A stretch of 64,000 bases of DNA from Hypanus sabinus (lineage: Eukaryota), in NCBI RefSeq assembly GCF_030144855.1, contig NC_082730.1, positions 4,216,001-4,280,000 of the forward strand, in the 5' to 3' direction. Each line of letters begins with the position of its first letter. Position 1 is the first letter of the stretch. This document shows positions 40,101 through 54,400 of the stretch, piece by piece. A program made the translations under genes and the position numbers. The notes under the pieces are model-generated. The model was not told the origin of the DNA, searched no databases, and worked only from the letters and a program-made list of their open reading frames with translations.

Positions 40101-42419
40101 ATCTACATGGATTTTAGTAAGGCATTTGACAAGGTTCCACATGGTAGGCTTATTCAGAAAGTCAGAAGGCATGGGTCCAGGGAAGTTTGGCCAGGTGGAT
40201 TCAGAATTGGCTTGCCTGCACAAGGCAGAGTGTTGTGGTGGAGGGAGTACTTTAGGATTGGAGGGGTGTGACTAGTGGTGTCCCACAAGGATCTGTTCTG
40301 GGACCTCTACTTTTTGTGATTGTTATTGACGACCTGGATGTGTGGGGAGAGGGCGGGTTGGAAAGTTTGCAGATGACACAAAGGTTGGTGGTGTTTTAGA
40401 TAGGGTAAAGGATTGTCGAAGATTGCAGAGACACATTGATAGGATGCAGAAGTGGGCTGACAATTGGCAGATGGAGTTCAATCCGGAGAAGTGTGAGGTG
40501 GTACACTTTGGAAGGACTAACTCCAAGGCATAGTACAAAGTAAATGGCAGGATACTTGGTAGTGTGGAGGAGCAGAGGGATCTAGTGGTACATGTCCACA
40601 GGACCCTGAAAGTTGCTTCACAGGAGATAGAGTAGTTAAGATAGCTTATGGGGTGTTAGCTTTCATAAGTCAAGGAATAGAGTTTAAGAGACGCGAAGTA
40701 ATGTTGCAACTCTATAAAACTCTAGTTAGGCCACACTTGGAGTACTGTGTCCAGTTCTGGTCGCCTCACTATAGGAAGGATGTGGAAGCATTGGAAAGGG
40801 TATAGAGGAGATTTACCAGGATGCTGCCTGGTTTAGAGAGTATGGATTATGATCAAAAACTAAGGGAACTAGGGCTTTACTCTTTGGAGAGAAGGAAGAT
40901 GAGAGGAGACATGATAGAGGTGTACAAGATATTAAGAGGAATAGACAGGGTGGACATCCAGCGCCTCTTCCCCAGGGCAGTGCTGCTAAGTACAAGAGGA
41001 CATGGCTTTAAGATAAGGGGAGGGAAGTTCAAGCAGGATATTAGAGGAAGGTTTTTCACTCAGAGAGTGGTGGGTGCATGGAATGCACTGCCTGTGTCAG
41101 TGATGGAGGCAGATACAATAGTGAAGTTTAAGAGACTACTAGACAGGTATATGGAGGAATTGAAGTTCTTGGGTTATATGGGGGGCAGGGTTTGAGGGTT
41201 GGCACAACATTGTGGGCTGAAGGGCCTGCAATGTTCTGTACTATTCTATGAGCTGTAGAGGAAATAAACCGTGTCTTCTTGTGTGTCTTTGTGGAGGACA
41301 CAAAAACCTGCCAGAAATACAGGATAGACAAGTGTTGAATACAAGTGTAGAAATAAAATCAGTCAGCATCAATGATGAAATAACATCATGAAAATGGATA
41401 ACTGACACAGGCCTGTTGATCTCCATCCCGGAGTTTGTGCCAAGATGTCAGTAGTGTTACTCAACTTTCCGGTTATCATCTGCCAAACTCTACAGTTTCA
41501 GGAATGGTTCCTTCAGCCTGTTTCAAAAAGGAGGGAGAGAGAGAAAACTGGGAACCACTCACCTCCCCAGCTGACACTGGGAGTGGGGGCAATGTTGGAA
41601 TCTGTAATAATGGGTGTGAAATCATGCTGAAGAGGAATTATCACAAAAATTCAACAGACTGGTTTCTGATGTTGTGGGTCTGACATGTCACTACCGTAGG
41701 AAATAGACTAGGCCTCTATTCAAATAGTTCAAAATAAGTTTTATTATCAAAGTGCATATCTGTCACCACATACAACCCTAAGATATTTTCTCTTCAGGTA
41801 TACTTAGCAGATCTATAGAACAGTAACTGTAAACAGGATCAATGGACAACAAACTGTGCAAATGGAAATATGAATGAATAGCAATAAACAACCTGTTCTT
41901 GGACCTGGTGGTGCAAGTCCTGAGGCACTTGTACCTTCTACCTGATGATAGCAGTGAGAAAGAACTTGGCCTGGGTGGTGAGGATCTTTGATTATGTCGA
42001 TGATTAATGTAGATGCTTTCAGTGGCTGGGGGGGATTTTATCCCCGATGTACTGGACTGAATTTGCTAAATTTTGTAGGACTTTCACTCAAATACATGGT
42101 TCCCATACCAGGCCATAATGAAACCAGCCAGCATACTGTGGGAAAACATTGGGATTCTCCCGTGAGGAATTCTTCTTTCATTGATTGTTTTCTAGATATT
42201 AAAAAGATCAAGGAAATGGGGAGAAAAAGTTTTAGCCACGATCAGTTGAATACGTTGTGTGGTTCAATGGTAGCACGTCCGCTTCCTGATCCTGCTCGTC
42301 ATGTTGACACGAGCTCGGCAAAGTGTTCGTGAACCCGGATCACACAATGGAACAACAGAGCAGCGAGTGTGAGTGTTTGCATGTGTGTGTGAGTGCACGC
42401 ATGTGAGTAAGCATTGTAA

Positions 42420-42463
<44 letters not shown>

Positions 42464-45400
42464 ACGTATCACACAATGGGAAACTTGAGTAAGTTGTATG
42501 TGTCACAACTATGAGTTGCTTTTAAAAAAGAGAGGGATTTTTTCAGTTCTATGTGCATTGTATTTTCCCAGTGTCACCTCATGGGCATGTAGTGCTCCTT
42601 CGATTGTGAACTTTTCATGTCTAATTGCTTGTCTTTGCACAAAGTGGGTTTTCAGTTTGTGTTGTAAGTGTCTCATTTGGGATCACAAGGATTGTAAAAC
42701 TCTCTTTGTATTGATCACTTTTATTCAATTTGGTTTGACGTGCTTTCTCGATCACTATGTGAGTTGAACAGAGCAGGAGACTGTGCTGTTGATAAGGATG
42801 CCTGCTTCAAATCTGTCAACCATCTCTACAGTAGCTGTTTCGATCAGGACAGGGTTGTGTACACACTCACACTTCCTTGGGTCAACAACTAGATCTTCTG
42901 TCTTGATTATGTTGAGGTCTGTGTTGTTCTGACACCATGACAAAAGCATCATGATCACTTTCCTGCAGAGTGAACTCACACATATGACCTTCAGTAGTTT
43001 GTTTAGATTTAGACAAGTTCAGTTTGTACTCCTCCTGGTTATTGAGACCCCTCTCTGCTTCCTTGTTACTCCTCTTCAACCTTCCAGAGTTCCCTGCATT
43101 GGGGTCCCCCTCCCAAACCAGTTTTATCAAATTTAAAGCTCAGTCTACCTCCCTTGTGATTGGATTCAGTCTGATCACAGTCTGTCCTAGTGGAACTGTA
43201 CTCACCTTCTCCAGTACTAATGCCAATCCCACAGGGACTAAAAGCCACAGCAGGGTCTGAGTAAGTCCTCGCTGATCCCATCAACTGTGTTATGATGTGG
43301 TTATGGGTTGGGTAATAATACAAAGATTAAGACGCTTGTGGTCATGTATGTGAATGTAACCCGGTTGCTCAGTGTCTGGGGAGATTTTACACATTGCAGC
43401 CATTTATTGATAACATCCTGTACCTAACAAAGTGGCCGCTAAAGGTATGTTCCTGGTCTTCTGCTGATGTCATGCATCATGATCTGCTCCATCAGCACTG
43501 TTGTAACGTGTGGTAATTTGAGTTACTGTCACATTCCTGACAGCTTGAACCAGTCTGGCTATTTCCCTCTAGCCTCTCTTATAAACAAGGCACTTTTGCC
43601 CAAAGAAATGCAGCTCAATTTGTTTTTTAGTTTTAATCACCACTATCTGTAATATCTGGAGATAGATGTGGTGAAAATCCCAGGAGATCGGTCGTTTCTG
43701 AGATACTCAAACCATCCCATCCGGCATCAACAATCATTCCAGAGTCAAAGACACTTAGGTCACATTTCTGATGTTTGGTCTGAACCTCATGACAATGTCT
43801 GCATGCTTTATGCATTGAGTTGTTGCCACTGTTGGCTGATTTGGTATTTGCATTAACGAGCAGATGTCCAGTTGTATCTAATAAAGTGAACATTGAGTGT
43901 GTTCCAGCCACAGCCTTGCAGTGGATTCAGTGACCAGCATCTCAGTGTGGAGAAGCCATCGAAAGTGAGACAGAGAGAGATACTGTAGGGAAATCGTACC
44001 TTCAACCCATTGAGTCTCCATTAACCAAACCACCTGTTTACACTCATCCTACATTAATGGTGTCTGGTCCAGATGGCATTCCTGGCCAAGTACTAAAGAT
44101 CCGTGTGGTCCAACTAGCAGGAGTATTTAGTACTTGCTTCACTGTACAGCCGCACATGGCCGGGAAATGGGTTGGAACCAGAGAAGTTGTCCCAAACAAA
44201 CTCTGATACATTTGTTAAAATCTCTTCATCTCCATCATATGAGACCAGAGATAGAAGCAGTCAGCAGTTCAGGTCACATTGTGGAATGAGAAAAGAGCCA
44301 ACATTTCAACGGATTCTGCCCGACCTGCTGAGTTCATCCAGGATATTAACCAGAATGTATAGATGTGAACAGGAAGCCTGTTCCGATAGGTCAGGTTGGA
44401 CACCATCTCCACCACCACATCCAGCTAGATTCTCTTACACCCTTCTTAAGCCAGTCACCCCTAGTGGGGCACAGGCTGTTGACAGCAGCTCACTAGAGAC
44501 CTCTATCCATCTAAACAGGGAATTCTGACTGTCCAGGACACCAGAAACCTGCCCAGAAACTGTAGCATTGGACTGTACACCATCTTTGCTCCAAGGTCTT
44601 ATGAGAAGTGGCAGAGTCCTCAGAGACGGACCCTAACTGTGACTTCACACTCACCACCGGATACTGGAGATCCAGGCAACAGGTGAGGGTCGGACAGTGC
44701 AGTGTGTACAGGAGCAGCCGGTGCAAGGAACCCCCTGGGGATGGGAGGTGCTGCCGGTGGGACATTTCCCAGAGACGGCTGAATTTGTGCTGAACCAGCT
44801 CTGTAGGAGAGCTTGGGGACCCAGGTCCAGTGACAATTCAGTCTGAGTGGTGGTCACCTTGAGTCCGATCAGTCGACCTCCTGACCCCTGCACACCCACA
44901 GTGAGGGTATCCCTGTGACAGATCTCAAACCTCCATGAATATGTCTGTGACCACAACCCCCACCCGACCATTGATACCTGGCTGCAGGCTGAAACTTCAT
45001 TTCTCCGGATTGGGTACACAGAGTCTTGAGTCCTGATGAAGGGTCTCAGCATGAAACAACAGGAACTTTGTCTTGCTTGTCTCACAGGGCTGGGAGCAAC
45101 ATGATGGGCCGAATGTCTTTCTCTGGTGTCTTTGATTTTCCCAGGTGTGATTCCTCTTCCTATCACTGACCTCACCTATGGACTGTCTTGTCTTGTCTCC
45201 TCAGCTGGGACTGCGGTTCCCCCAACCACTGTGACCGGAACTCAGGGACACTCGGTCTCCTTACATCCTGGGATCCCAGTCGGACCGGACATTCCTGAGG
45301 TTCATTGGATTCGGGTATCGCCCAGAATCAAGATTGTGACGTACTCGAAAGGGAACATCACGTACTTCAGAATCGATCAGTACAAGAACAGGATCACATT

Positions 45401-48400
45401 CCATCCCGGGAACGTCAGTCTGGAAATCCATGATCTACGGAGAAATGACTCTGGTGATTATGAGGTGATTTTTACAAGACATTCAGGACATGAAAATAAA
45501 ACAAGAGTGCGACTGGAGGTGTACGGTGAGTGAGACACTGCGGAGGGGCCACCAGTTCCTGAAACACCCCTAATGGATGGGTGAGGGCAGATCCTGTGTG
45601 TTTCTCTGTTTACTGAAACCCACTGACTACCCGTGGCTGGGGCTGGGCTCACGGTTCCAGTGTAGTGAGTCTGGAGGATACACCCGCCACATCCACTGAG
45701 GCGGAGTCAGGAGCCGGGAGGGATCGAACCAACAATGGGGAATCTCATGTGTCTGAGACTGAGGGAGCTCAGCACACAGGGAGAATGGACCTGGTGTGAA
45801 TGGGCTGGACAGTCTGTATCTGTGGGTCTCAGTTACACACTCTACCCCAGGTCAAAGGCCTGGTCTGTCATGTTCAGGGATCCCAGTTATCCCATCTGTT
45901 TCCCAGGACACTGCTTGATAATTCCCACAGACTGAGGTCTGAGCTCAGCAAGGTGTTTATTCCTCAGCCTTCATGCTGTGCTGTGCTGAGTGAGACCTTG
46001 TGTATTCATTATACTGAATATAGTGTCCCAGTGAGTGACACAGTACACGGACACACAGCAATATGGTTCCTGACTCACTCTGACAGTAATATCACATTCA
46101 CAATAATCTCACTCAGCAGCGTCTGACTGAGAAACCTTCTCTCCACTGTTTGAGCGCATTGTGTAGTTAAGGAATATCACAAATATTAACCTCAGCAACA
46201 ACCCATCTTCAGACATGAAGGTGGATTGCAGATTGAATGTAAAATGCTTCTCTGAGCAGTAGTTTTCTTGCAGCTGTAGGCTGGAGTTCATTGCAAACCA
46301 GACAATTCCATTTAACATCCATTTTGCTGGTCTGGAGTGTGGGTGTGAAGAAGGGGGTGTGTAAAAACTATATGCAAGTCAAAGGAAGCATTGTAGATAC
46401 ATTAAATCTATACAATTATCCTGCATTTACCACTGACCTTTAGCATATAAAAATATCATATAATATTGTGTCGGGAGGCCGTTTCCTCCAAGATTGTCTG
46501 AATATGATGCCTGCTGCTTGTTTTTGTTGAATAAGACATTTCTATATCCACCAGCTTTGGTGTCTCTCCGGTGAGTTCATGTTACAACATCCTCCATCCC
46601 AGTGTTAATGTTCACCATTAGAGGGAGGAGAACATCAGAACATGGGAAATAGAACACAGAAGATCGAAAGTCATGAACATGGGTTGAAGACAGAGACCTC
46701 CTCTGGGATCAAGTCGGGGGAAAGTAATTGAGGTTTACAAAATTATGAGGGGGATAGACAGTGTAAATGCAAGCAGGCTTTTTCCACTGAGATTGGGCCA
46801 GAGCAGAGTTAGAGGTCATGGGTTAAGGGTGAAAGGTAAAATATTTAAGAGGAACATGAGGAGGAACCTTCACAATGGGTGCTGAGCACACTGTATAGAC
46901 TGCCAGCAGTCATGATGTATGTGAGTTTGGTTTGAAAATTTGAAAGAAATTTGGATAGGTACAGGTATGGAATGGTTCTGGTGGGCTATGGTTTTGGTGC
47001 AGGTTGAGTGACAAGGCAGATTAAGAAATCGACATAGACTAGATGGGCTGAAGGGCCTGTTTCTGTTCTGTAGTTTTCTGGGACTCTATGACTCTCTGAA
47101 TCAGATAGTAGTCAATGAAACCTTTCAGCCAATTAACCTGTTCTATACATCAGCTCTATGAAAGGATGGAGAACTGCAAGTTCTGCATCAGATCCAGCTG
47201 GAGACGGGCCCTTGTCTATACACTGGTCTCCACTGGAATAGTGTCAGAAGTCAGAATCAGTGTATCAGAGTGGGAGCAGGATGGAGAATCAAAGTGACAG
47301 CCTCTAGAAATTCTGAGTCACAATGGTGCCTGAATTGAAACGTCCCTCAAGGTGGTCGGTGACACTGAGTCTGGTTTCTCAGTGGAGAGAAGGTCACCGT
47401 GTGAACACTGAGTGAGTTCACTGCATTAGGAGTACACGTCAATCTCTGTTTCATTCCTTTGGTGCCCTGCATCGAGGGAAGGGAAATGGTTTTGTGACAC
47501 TTCCTCCTGTGGATGTCCAGAACGTGGTGTGGGACATGGAGTGGTGGGAGTTGTGGGTGTGGCAGTAGAGCAGAGCAAGGTGTTACTCAGGGAGAAACTG
47601 GTCAAAATATGTAAGAAAGAGGGAAGGGAGTGGAATGTAAGTCTGAGGATAGTGTAAACTAAATGGGTAAAGTTACTCGAAGGTATTCTAAATGACCAAG
47701 CATAAAAGTATTTGGATTGGGAGATAGTTGAAATGTCTCTCTGTGTGGTAGGTTGTGTCTAGATTTTTGAGGAGGATATCGGAAAGTTGATGAAGGAAAA
47801 GCAGTTAAATTTGTCTACATCGACTTTAACAATGTCCTGCATGGGATGTTGGTGAAGAATGTTTATTGCCTTGGCATTCAGGTTGAGGTTGCAAATTGGA
47901 TTCAACATCGGCTTTGCAGGTGATCTACGAGATGGTTGTCTCTCTGATTGGAGGACCGTGATTAGTGATGTGCCTCAAGGATTGGTGTTGGGTCCTTATT
48001 TGTTATCTCTATCAGCAATCTGGATGGCAATGTGGTTAACTGGATCATCAGGTTTGTGGATGACACTGATTGGGGGTGTATAGGACAGTGAGGAAGACTA
48101 TCAAAGCCTGTAGAGCAGGAATAATGAGCTGAAAATTAGCAGCTTGAATTTAATGCAGATGAGTATGAAACTTTGACCCTTGGGAAGTAAACCAGGCTGG
48201 AACTTAAATAACAACCAGTCAGGTACTGAAGTGTGTAGTAGAATTGAGGGATCTGGGAATACAGAACCATAATTTCTTCAAAGTGGTGTCACAGGTAGAT
48301 AGGGTCATAAAAAAAGCTTTTGGCACATTGGCCTTCATCAAATCAAGGGATTGAGTACAGGAGTTGCAATGTGATGTTGAAATTTTATAAGACCTTGGAG

Positions 48401-51400
48401 AGGACTAATTTGGAGTATTTGTGCAGTTCTGGTCACCTATGTACATGAAAGGTATCAATTAGATTGAAAGAGTGCAGAGTATCAGGACTTGAGGACCTGA
48501 GTTATAGGGGAAGTTGGGGGAATTTCTTCACCCAGAGGGTGGAACAAGGTGCAGGTGGAAGTGTTGGGACCAGGTTCGATTTCAATGTCTAAATGAGATT
48601 TGAATAAATATTGGGAGGGATGTGGAAGGCAATGTCCAGATGTAGGTCAGAGGGGCTAGTTATGGACTAGATGGACTGAAGGGCTTTTTTAGCCACTGCA
48701 ATGCTCTATGATTCAATGCAGTCTCATTGAAAGGACCAGGAAGCATAGATGTTGATCCACTGAAGGTGGAGACCAGTGGGGTCGAAGGAAAGGGCCAGAG
48801 GAAACTTATCCTTGCTTTCGGTGGGAGAGGGTGTGAGCACAGAGACGTAAGCAATGGAACAGGTTCTCAGGGTCTCACACCTTCATCATAATCTGGGCAG
48901 GCAGAGTGGAGATTGAGAGATTGCAGAATAGAATGGGCTGTGTCTTGTGTTGGACCAGATTCAAGGCAGCTCAGGGCTGGGGCTCACTCAGGTTTTAGGC
49001 TTTGCAGGGATTCAGGGACCACACAGAGGAGGAACAAAAGACATGGAAATGGAGAGAATTTCTGGAATAGAGCGCTATAAACTGAACATGATGGAGAGTT
49101 TGTAGATGAGTGTGGGTTGTGTTTGGGAAAGAGGGTGCAGCACGTGGGAACTTGCTTCAGCAGCAAGTGACTGAACAGCAGAGTGAGGGAAGGTTTAAAT
49201 CGTTTGGGTAAAAATGAGGTGGGATTGGTTTGAAGTTTACTCTGGACTGTTGGGGATGGGACGAGGGCGTTGAGGATTGAGCTGTCCACGATGATCTCCT
49301 TTACTCATCTTCTATCTCTCTCTCACGCCCTCAGAGCCCGTGTCAGGAGCAAACATAACGGTTCAGAACATCACCAGGACCTGTAACCTCAGCCTGACCT
49401 GCTCCGTGACCTCTGGCAACCACACCAGCTTCAGTTGGTGGAGAAGGGGAGATGTTACAGGAGACAACAGCAGCCATCACTTCTGGAAACACGGAGAGAC
49501 GATACAGGTTCATTGCACAGCAGAGATGGAGGATGTGGTGTACGGGTGTGAGGCCAGCAACCCCATCAGTAAGGACACCGCACAGGTCCGGCTGGGGAAC
49601 GTCTGTAATCTGGACACATGTAGTGAGTGTCAGAGGAAGGAGTTGGGATTTAGTTATCTCCCCATCCCAGGACTGTGAGATGGGACAGCTTAGAAGAGCT
49701 TAATAAAAACATAAACATTTACAGCAGATTACAGACCCTTTGACCCACAATGTTGTGCTAACCATGTAACCTACTCTAAAATCTGCCCAGAATTTCCCTA
49801 TAGCACAGCCCCTGAGTTTCCTAAGCTCCATGCTCCTATCGAACAATCTCTTAAAAGACCCTATTGGATCTGTCTCTACCAGCATTGCTGGCAGTGCATT
49901 CCATGCACCCACCAGTCTCTGCGTGAAAACTTACCTCTAACAGCCCCCTTGTATCTACTTCCAAGCATCTTAAAACAATGCCCCTTTGTGTTGGCTATGT
50001 CAGTCCTTTGATACAGCCTCTGGCTAGCCACGCAATCAATGCCCCTCATCATCTTTTACACCTCCATCAGGTCACCTCGCATCCTCTTTTGCTCCAAGGA
50101 GTTCACTCAACCTATTCTCTTAAGGCATGCTCCCCAATCCAGGCAACATCCTTGTAAATCTCCTCGACACACTTTCTATGGTTTCCATATCCTTCCTGTA
50201 ATGAGGTGATCAGAACTGAGCACAGTCCTCCAAGTGGGGCCTAACTAAGTGTATCTCCACCTCCCTCACACTGGCCCTCAATAACCCCTCTACTCAAGCT
50301 CAGCCTCCACCTCCCTGACCACTGGGTATCTCAGCCATCCTAAATAATCCTTCCCTCCAATCTAATCATTCCTTCACTCCAGCAAGATTGCACAGTTGTT
50401 TCAGTATGGACCATCTGCAAAATGCACTGCAGATCCTCACCCAGGCTATGCTGACAAATATGAGTGGAGGCTTAGTATAAAATACAAAATTGAAGGTTAA
50501 CTACAAAGTAAACGGTCCTCTGCAGTATCCTCTCAGACAGTGTCTGAGAGCAGAATACATACAAACTGAAGTTTTTAAGAAAGCACATGGTACATTGGCA
50601 TTCATCAACCAGGGGATTGAGTTCAAGAGCCAAGAGGTAAAGTCAGACCCAATTTAGATTTCTGGTCACCTCACTGCAGGAAGGATATGGAAACTATAGA
50701 AAGGTTTCAGAGGAGATTTACAAGGACGTTGCCTGGATTGGGGAGCATGCCTTATGAGAATAGTTTGAGTGAACTTGGCCTTTTCTCCTTGGTGTGGTGG
50801 ATGATGTGATGTGACCTGATAGAGGCGTATAAGATGATAAGAGGCATTGATCGTGTGGACAGTCAGAGGCTTTTTCCCAGGGCTGAAATGGCTAACATGA
50901 GAGGGCACAGTTTTAAGGTGCTTGGATGTAGGTACAGAGGAGATATCAGGGGTGAGTTTTTTTAATGCAGAGAGTAGTGAATGAGTGGAATGGGCTGCTG
51001 GAAATGGTGGTGGAGGTGGATACAACAGGGTCTTTTAGGAGAATCCTGTATAGGTGCATTGGAGCTCAGAAAAATAGAGGGCTATGGGTAGCCCTAGGTA
51101 ATTTCTAAGGTAGGGACATGCTCGGTACAGCTTTGTGGGCTGAAGGGCCTGTATTGTGCTGTAGGTTTTCTATGTTTCTATGTTTGAGAAGATGGGCAAT
51201 TTCAGTTTGGATTCCTCCACCATTTCCTTAATTCCTGTCACAATATTTCCAAATGTCAACAGTATTGTTCTTTTGTGTACCAATGGGAGCACCATACAGC
51301 AGGAGGAAATGGGGGGAGTGATGTGATAGTGACTGGAGGGAATAGAGGATGACAGGACTGAGGGGTATTGAAGGGGTGGAGTGCAGGTCAGTGATGTGAT

Positions 51401-54400
51401 GTTGATTAGAGGGAGTGGGGAAAGAGGGGACTGACGGGTATCAGAGGGGTGGTGATGGGTTTGGAGATGAGTGATTTGATGGAGAGAATTGGATGGAAAG
51501 ATTGAGGGGTACTGGAGGGGAGGGGTGGGATGGAGGACAGTGAGGTGATAGTGATCGGAGGGAATCGGGACTCAGGGGACTGAGGGTTATTGGAGGGAAA
51601 AAGGTTGGAGGGACTGAGGGATGTTGGAAGGGAGGGGAGCAGGGTGGAGAGGTGGGGTTTGGAGGGGATTTATGTGATGGTGATTTCAGGGTACTGAGGG
51701 ACCATGTTGAGGTGACAGGGAGTTTTCTCCGACTGAGGAGGGATGGAGTGAATTCATCAATCCTGTGTCTCTGGGAGGGTGAGGACTGGATTCATCAGGA
51801 AATCTTTTCTCCTCTGTGTTACAGCTTCTAAACCAACAGCGGTGTCGATTGCACTGACCCTGGTAATTGTACTGTCAGTGGCGGGGACCCTCCTGATCTT
51901 TGCTCTCACTGTGATCCTCAGGGTCACACGGAGGAGAAGAGCTGATGGAAGGGAAGGAACTTCAGGGACTGAAGGCAAGTAGATCTGACACCCTGTCATT
52001 GTGTCTAGTAATTGGGGGAGGGACAGAGATGGGGTGGGGCAGGGAGTTGACAACAGGGTTGGAAGAGAGGAATAGTTTTAGTACAGACCCTGTCACCTAT
52101 GCTTTCTGTCCCACAGACCAAGCGGAGACAGGCATCATTTACACAGATCTTCAGTGGATGCAGAAGAATCGCAGTGTCGAGCAGCCCCCCAAGGGAAATG
52201 ACAGGGTAATGACAGACATGTTACCCCTGGAAAGGGGCCACTCACCCTCATCGGGGCAGCCTGAACATAAGGCCTGCATGTAATCTGCACAATCCCAGAA
52301 CCAACCATGGGTTCCTGTCACCGGAAATTGTTCAAACTACCACTGCAGAACACAGCAGCGTACACACTGAGGCACAGCAAGATCACATTTACCACTGAGG
52401 AGTCAATTGAACTTTTACCTCAGTGAACTCCAAGCCTAGTCAGGCAGATCTAACAGCAATTGTACCCTCTGTGCACACAGTGTTAGTGGGTACACTGCCC
52501 CCACATACCCGGTCACTGGGTACACTGTCCCCCACATACCCAATCACTGGGATACACTGTCCCCAAATACCCGGTCACTGGGATACACTGTCCCCCACAC
52601 ACCCAGTCACTGGGATACACTGTCCCCCACACACCCAGTCACTGGGATACACTGTCCCCACATACCCGGTCACTGGGTTCACTGTCCCCACACACCCAGT
52701 CACTGGGATACACTGTCCCCACACACACCGTCACTGGGTACACTGTCCCCACATGCCCAGTCACAGGGTACTCTGTCCCCCACTGTCCCCACATACCCGG
52801 TCACTGGGATACACTGTCCCCACATACCCGGTCACTGGGTACACTGCCCCCCACATACCCAGTCACTGGGATACACTGTCCCCACATACCCGGTCACTGG
52901 GTACACTGTCCCCCACATAACCAATCACTGGTTTACACTGTCCCCACACACCCAGTCACTGGGATACACTGTCCCCACACACCCACTCACTGGGTACACT
53001 GTCCCCAAACACCCAGTCAGTGGGTACACTGTCCCCACACACCCAGTCAGTGGGTACACTGTCCCTACATACCCGGTCACTGGGTACGCTGTCCCCACAC
53101 ACCCAGTCACTGGGACACACTGTCCCCACACACCCAGTCACTGGGCACACTGTCCCCACATACCCGGTCACTGGGTACACTGTCCCGCACACACCCAGTC
53201 ACTGGGTACACTATCCCCACATACCCGGTCACTGGGTACACTGTCCCCACACACACAGTCACTGGGACACACTGTCCCCACACACCCAGTCACTGGGCAC
53301 ACTGTCCCCAAACACCCAGTCAGTGGGTACACTGTCCAGCACACACCCAGTCACTGGGTACACTGTCAGGCAGATCTAACAGCAATTGTACCCTCTGTGC
53401 ACACAGTGTTAGTGGGTACACTGCCCCCACATACCCGGTCACTGGGTACACTGTCCCCCACATACCCAATCACTGGGATACACTGTCCCCACATACCCGG
53501 TCACTGGGATACACTGTCCCCCACACACCCAGTCAGTGGGTACACTGTCCCCCACACACCCAGTCACTGGGATACACTGTCCCCACATACCTGGTCACTG
53601 GGTACACTGTCCCCACACACCCAGTCACAGGGTACACTGTCCCCACACACCCGGTCACTGGGTACACTGTCCCCACATGCCCAGTCACAGGGTACTCTGT
53701 CCCCCACTGTCCCCACATACCCGGTCACTGGGTACACTGTCCCCACACACCCAGTCACTGGGTACACTGTCCCCACACACCCAGTCACTGGGACACACTG
53801 TCCCCACACACCCAGTCACTGGGCACACTGTCCCCACATACCCGGTCACTGGGTACACTGTCCCCACACACCCAGTCACTGGGACACACTGTCCCCACAC
53901 ACCCAGTCACTGGGATACACTGTCCCCACACGCCCAGTCACTGGCTACACTGTCCCCACATACCTGGTCACTGGGTACACTGTCCCCACACACCCAGTCA
54001 CAGGGTACACTGTCCCCACACACCCGGTCACTGGGTACACTGTCCCCACACACCCGGTCACTGGTACACTGTCCCCACACACCCAGTCACTGGGACACGC
54101 TGTCCCCACACACCCAGTCACTGGGCACACTGTCCCCAAACACCCAGTCAGTGGGTACACTGTCCCGCACACACCCAGTCACTGGGTACACTGTCCCCAT
54201 ATACCCGGTCACTGGGTACACTGTCCCCACACACCTAGTCACTGGGACACACTGTCCCCACACACCCAGTCACTGGGATACACTGTCCCCACATACCCGG
54301 TCACTGGGTACACTGTCCCCACACACCCAGTCACTGGGACACACTGTCCCCACACATCCAGTCACTGGGATACACTGTCCCCACATACCCAGTCACTGGG

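Larger units (their letters stand above)
36825..52347 (+). repeat. Segmental duplication copy B (offset about 36.8 kb)
   Basis: Near-identical to 1-15573 with small indels, e.g. (GA)n length at 42424-42459 and a 16-bp indel near 46055. The ORF track is duplicated. Confidence 0.97.

Noticed and set aside
51945-52283. 112-aa ORF as an independent gene
   Set aside because: It is the ITIM exon frame extended through intron 4 and past the exon-5 donor.
36825-52347. False duplication from uncollapsed haplotypes
   Set aside because: TM and tail exons differ by 12-14% with indels, and the downstream flanks are unrelated, which is unlike alleles. A read-depth check is still advisable.
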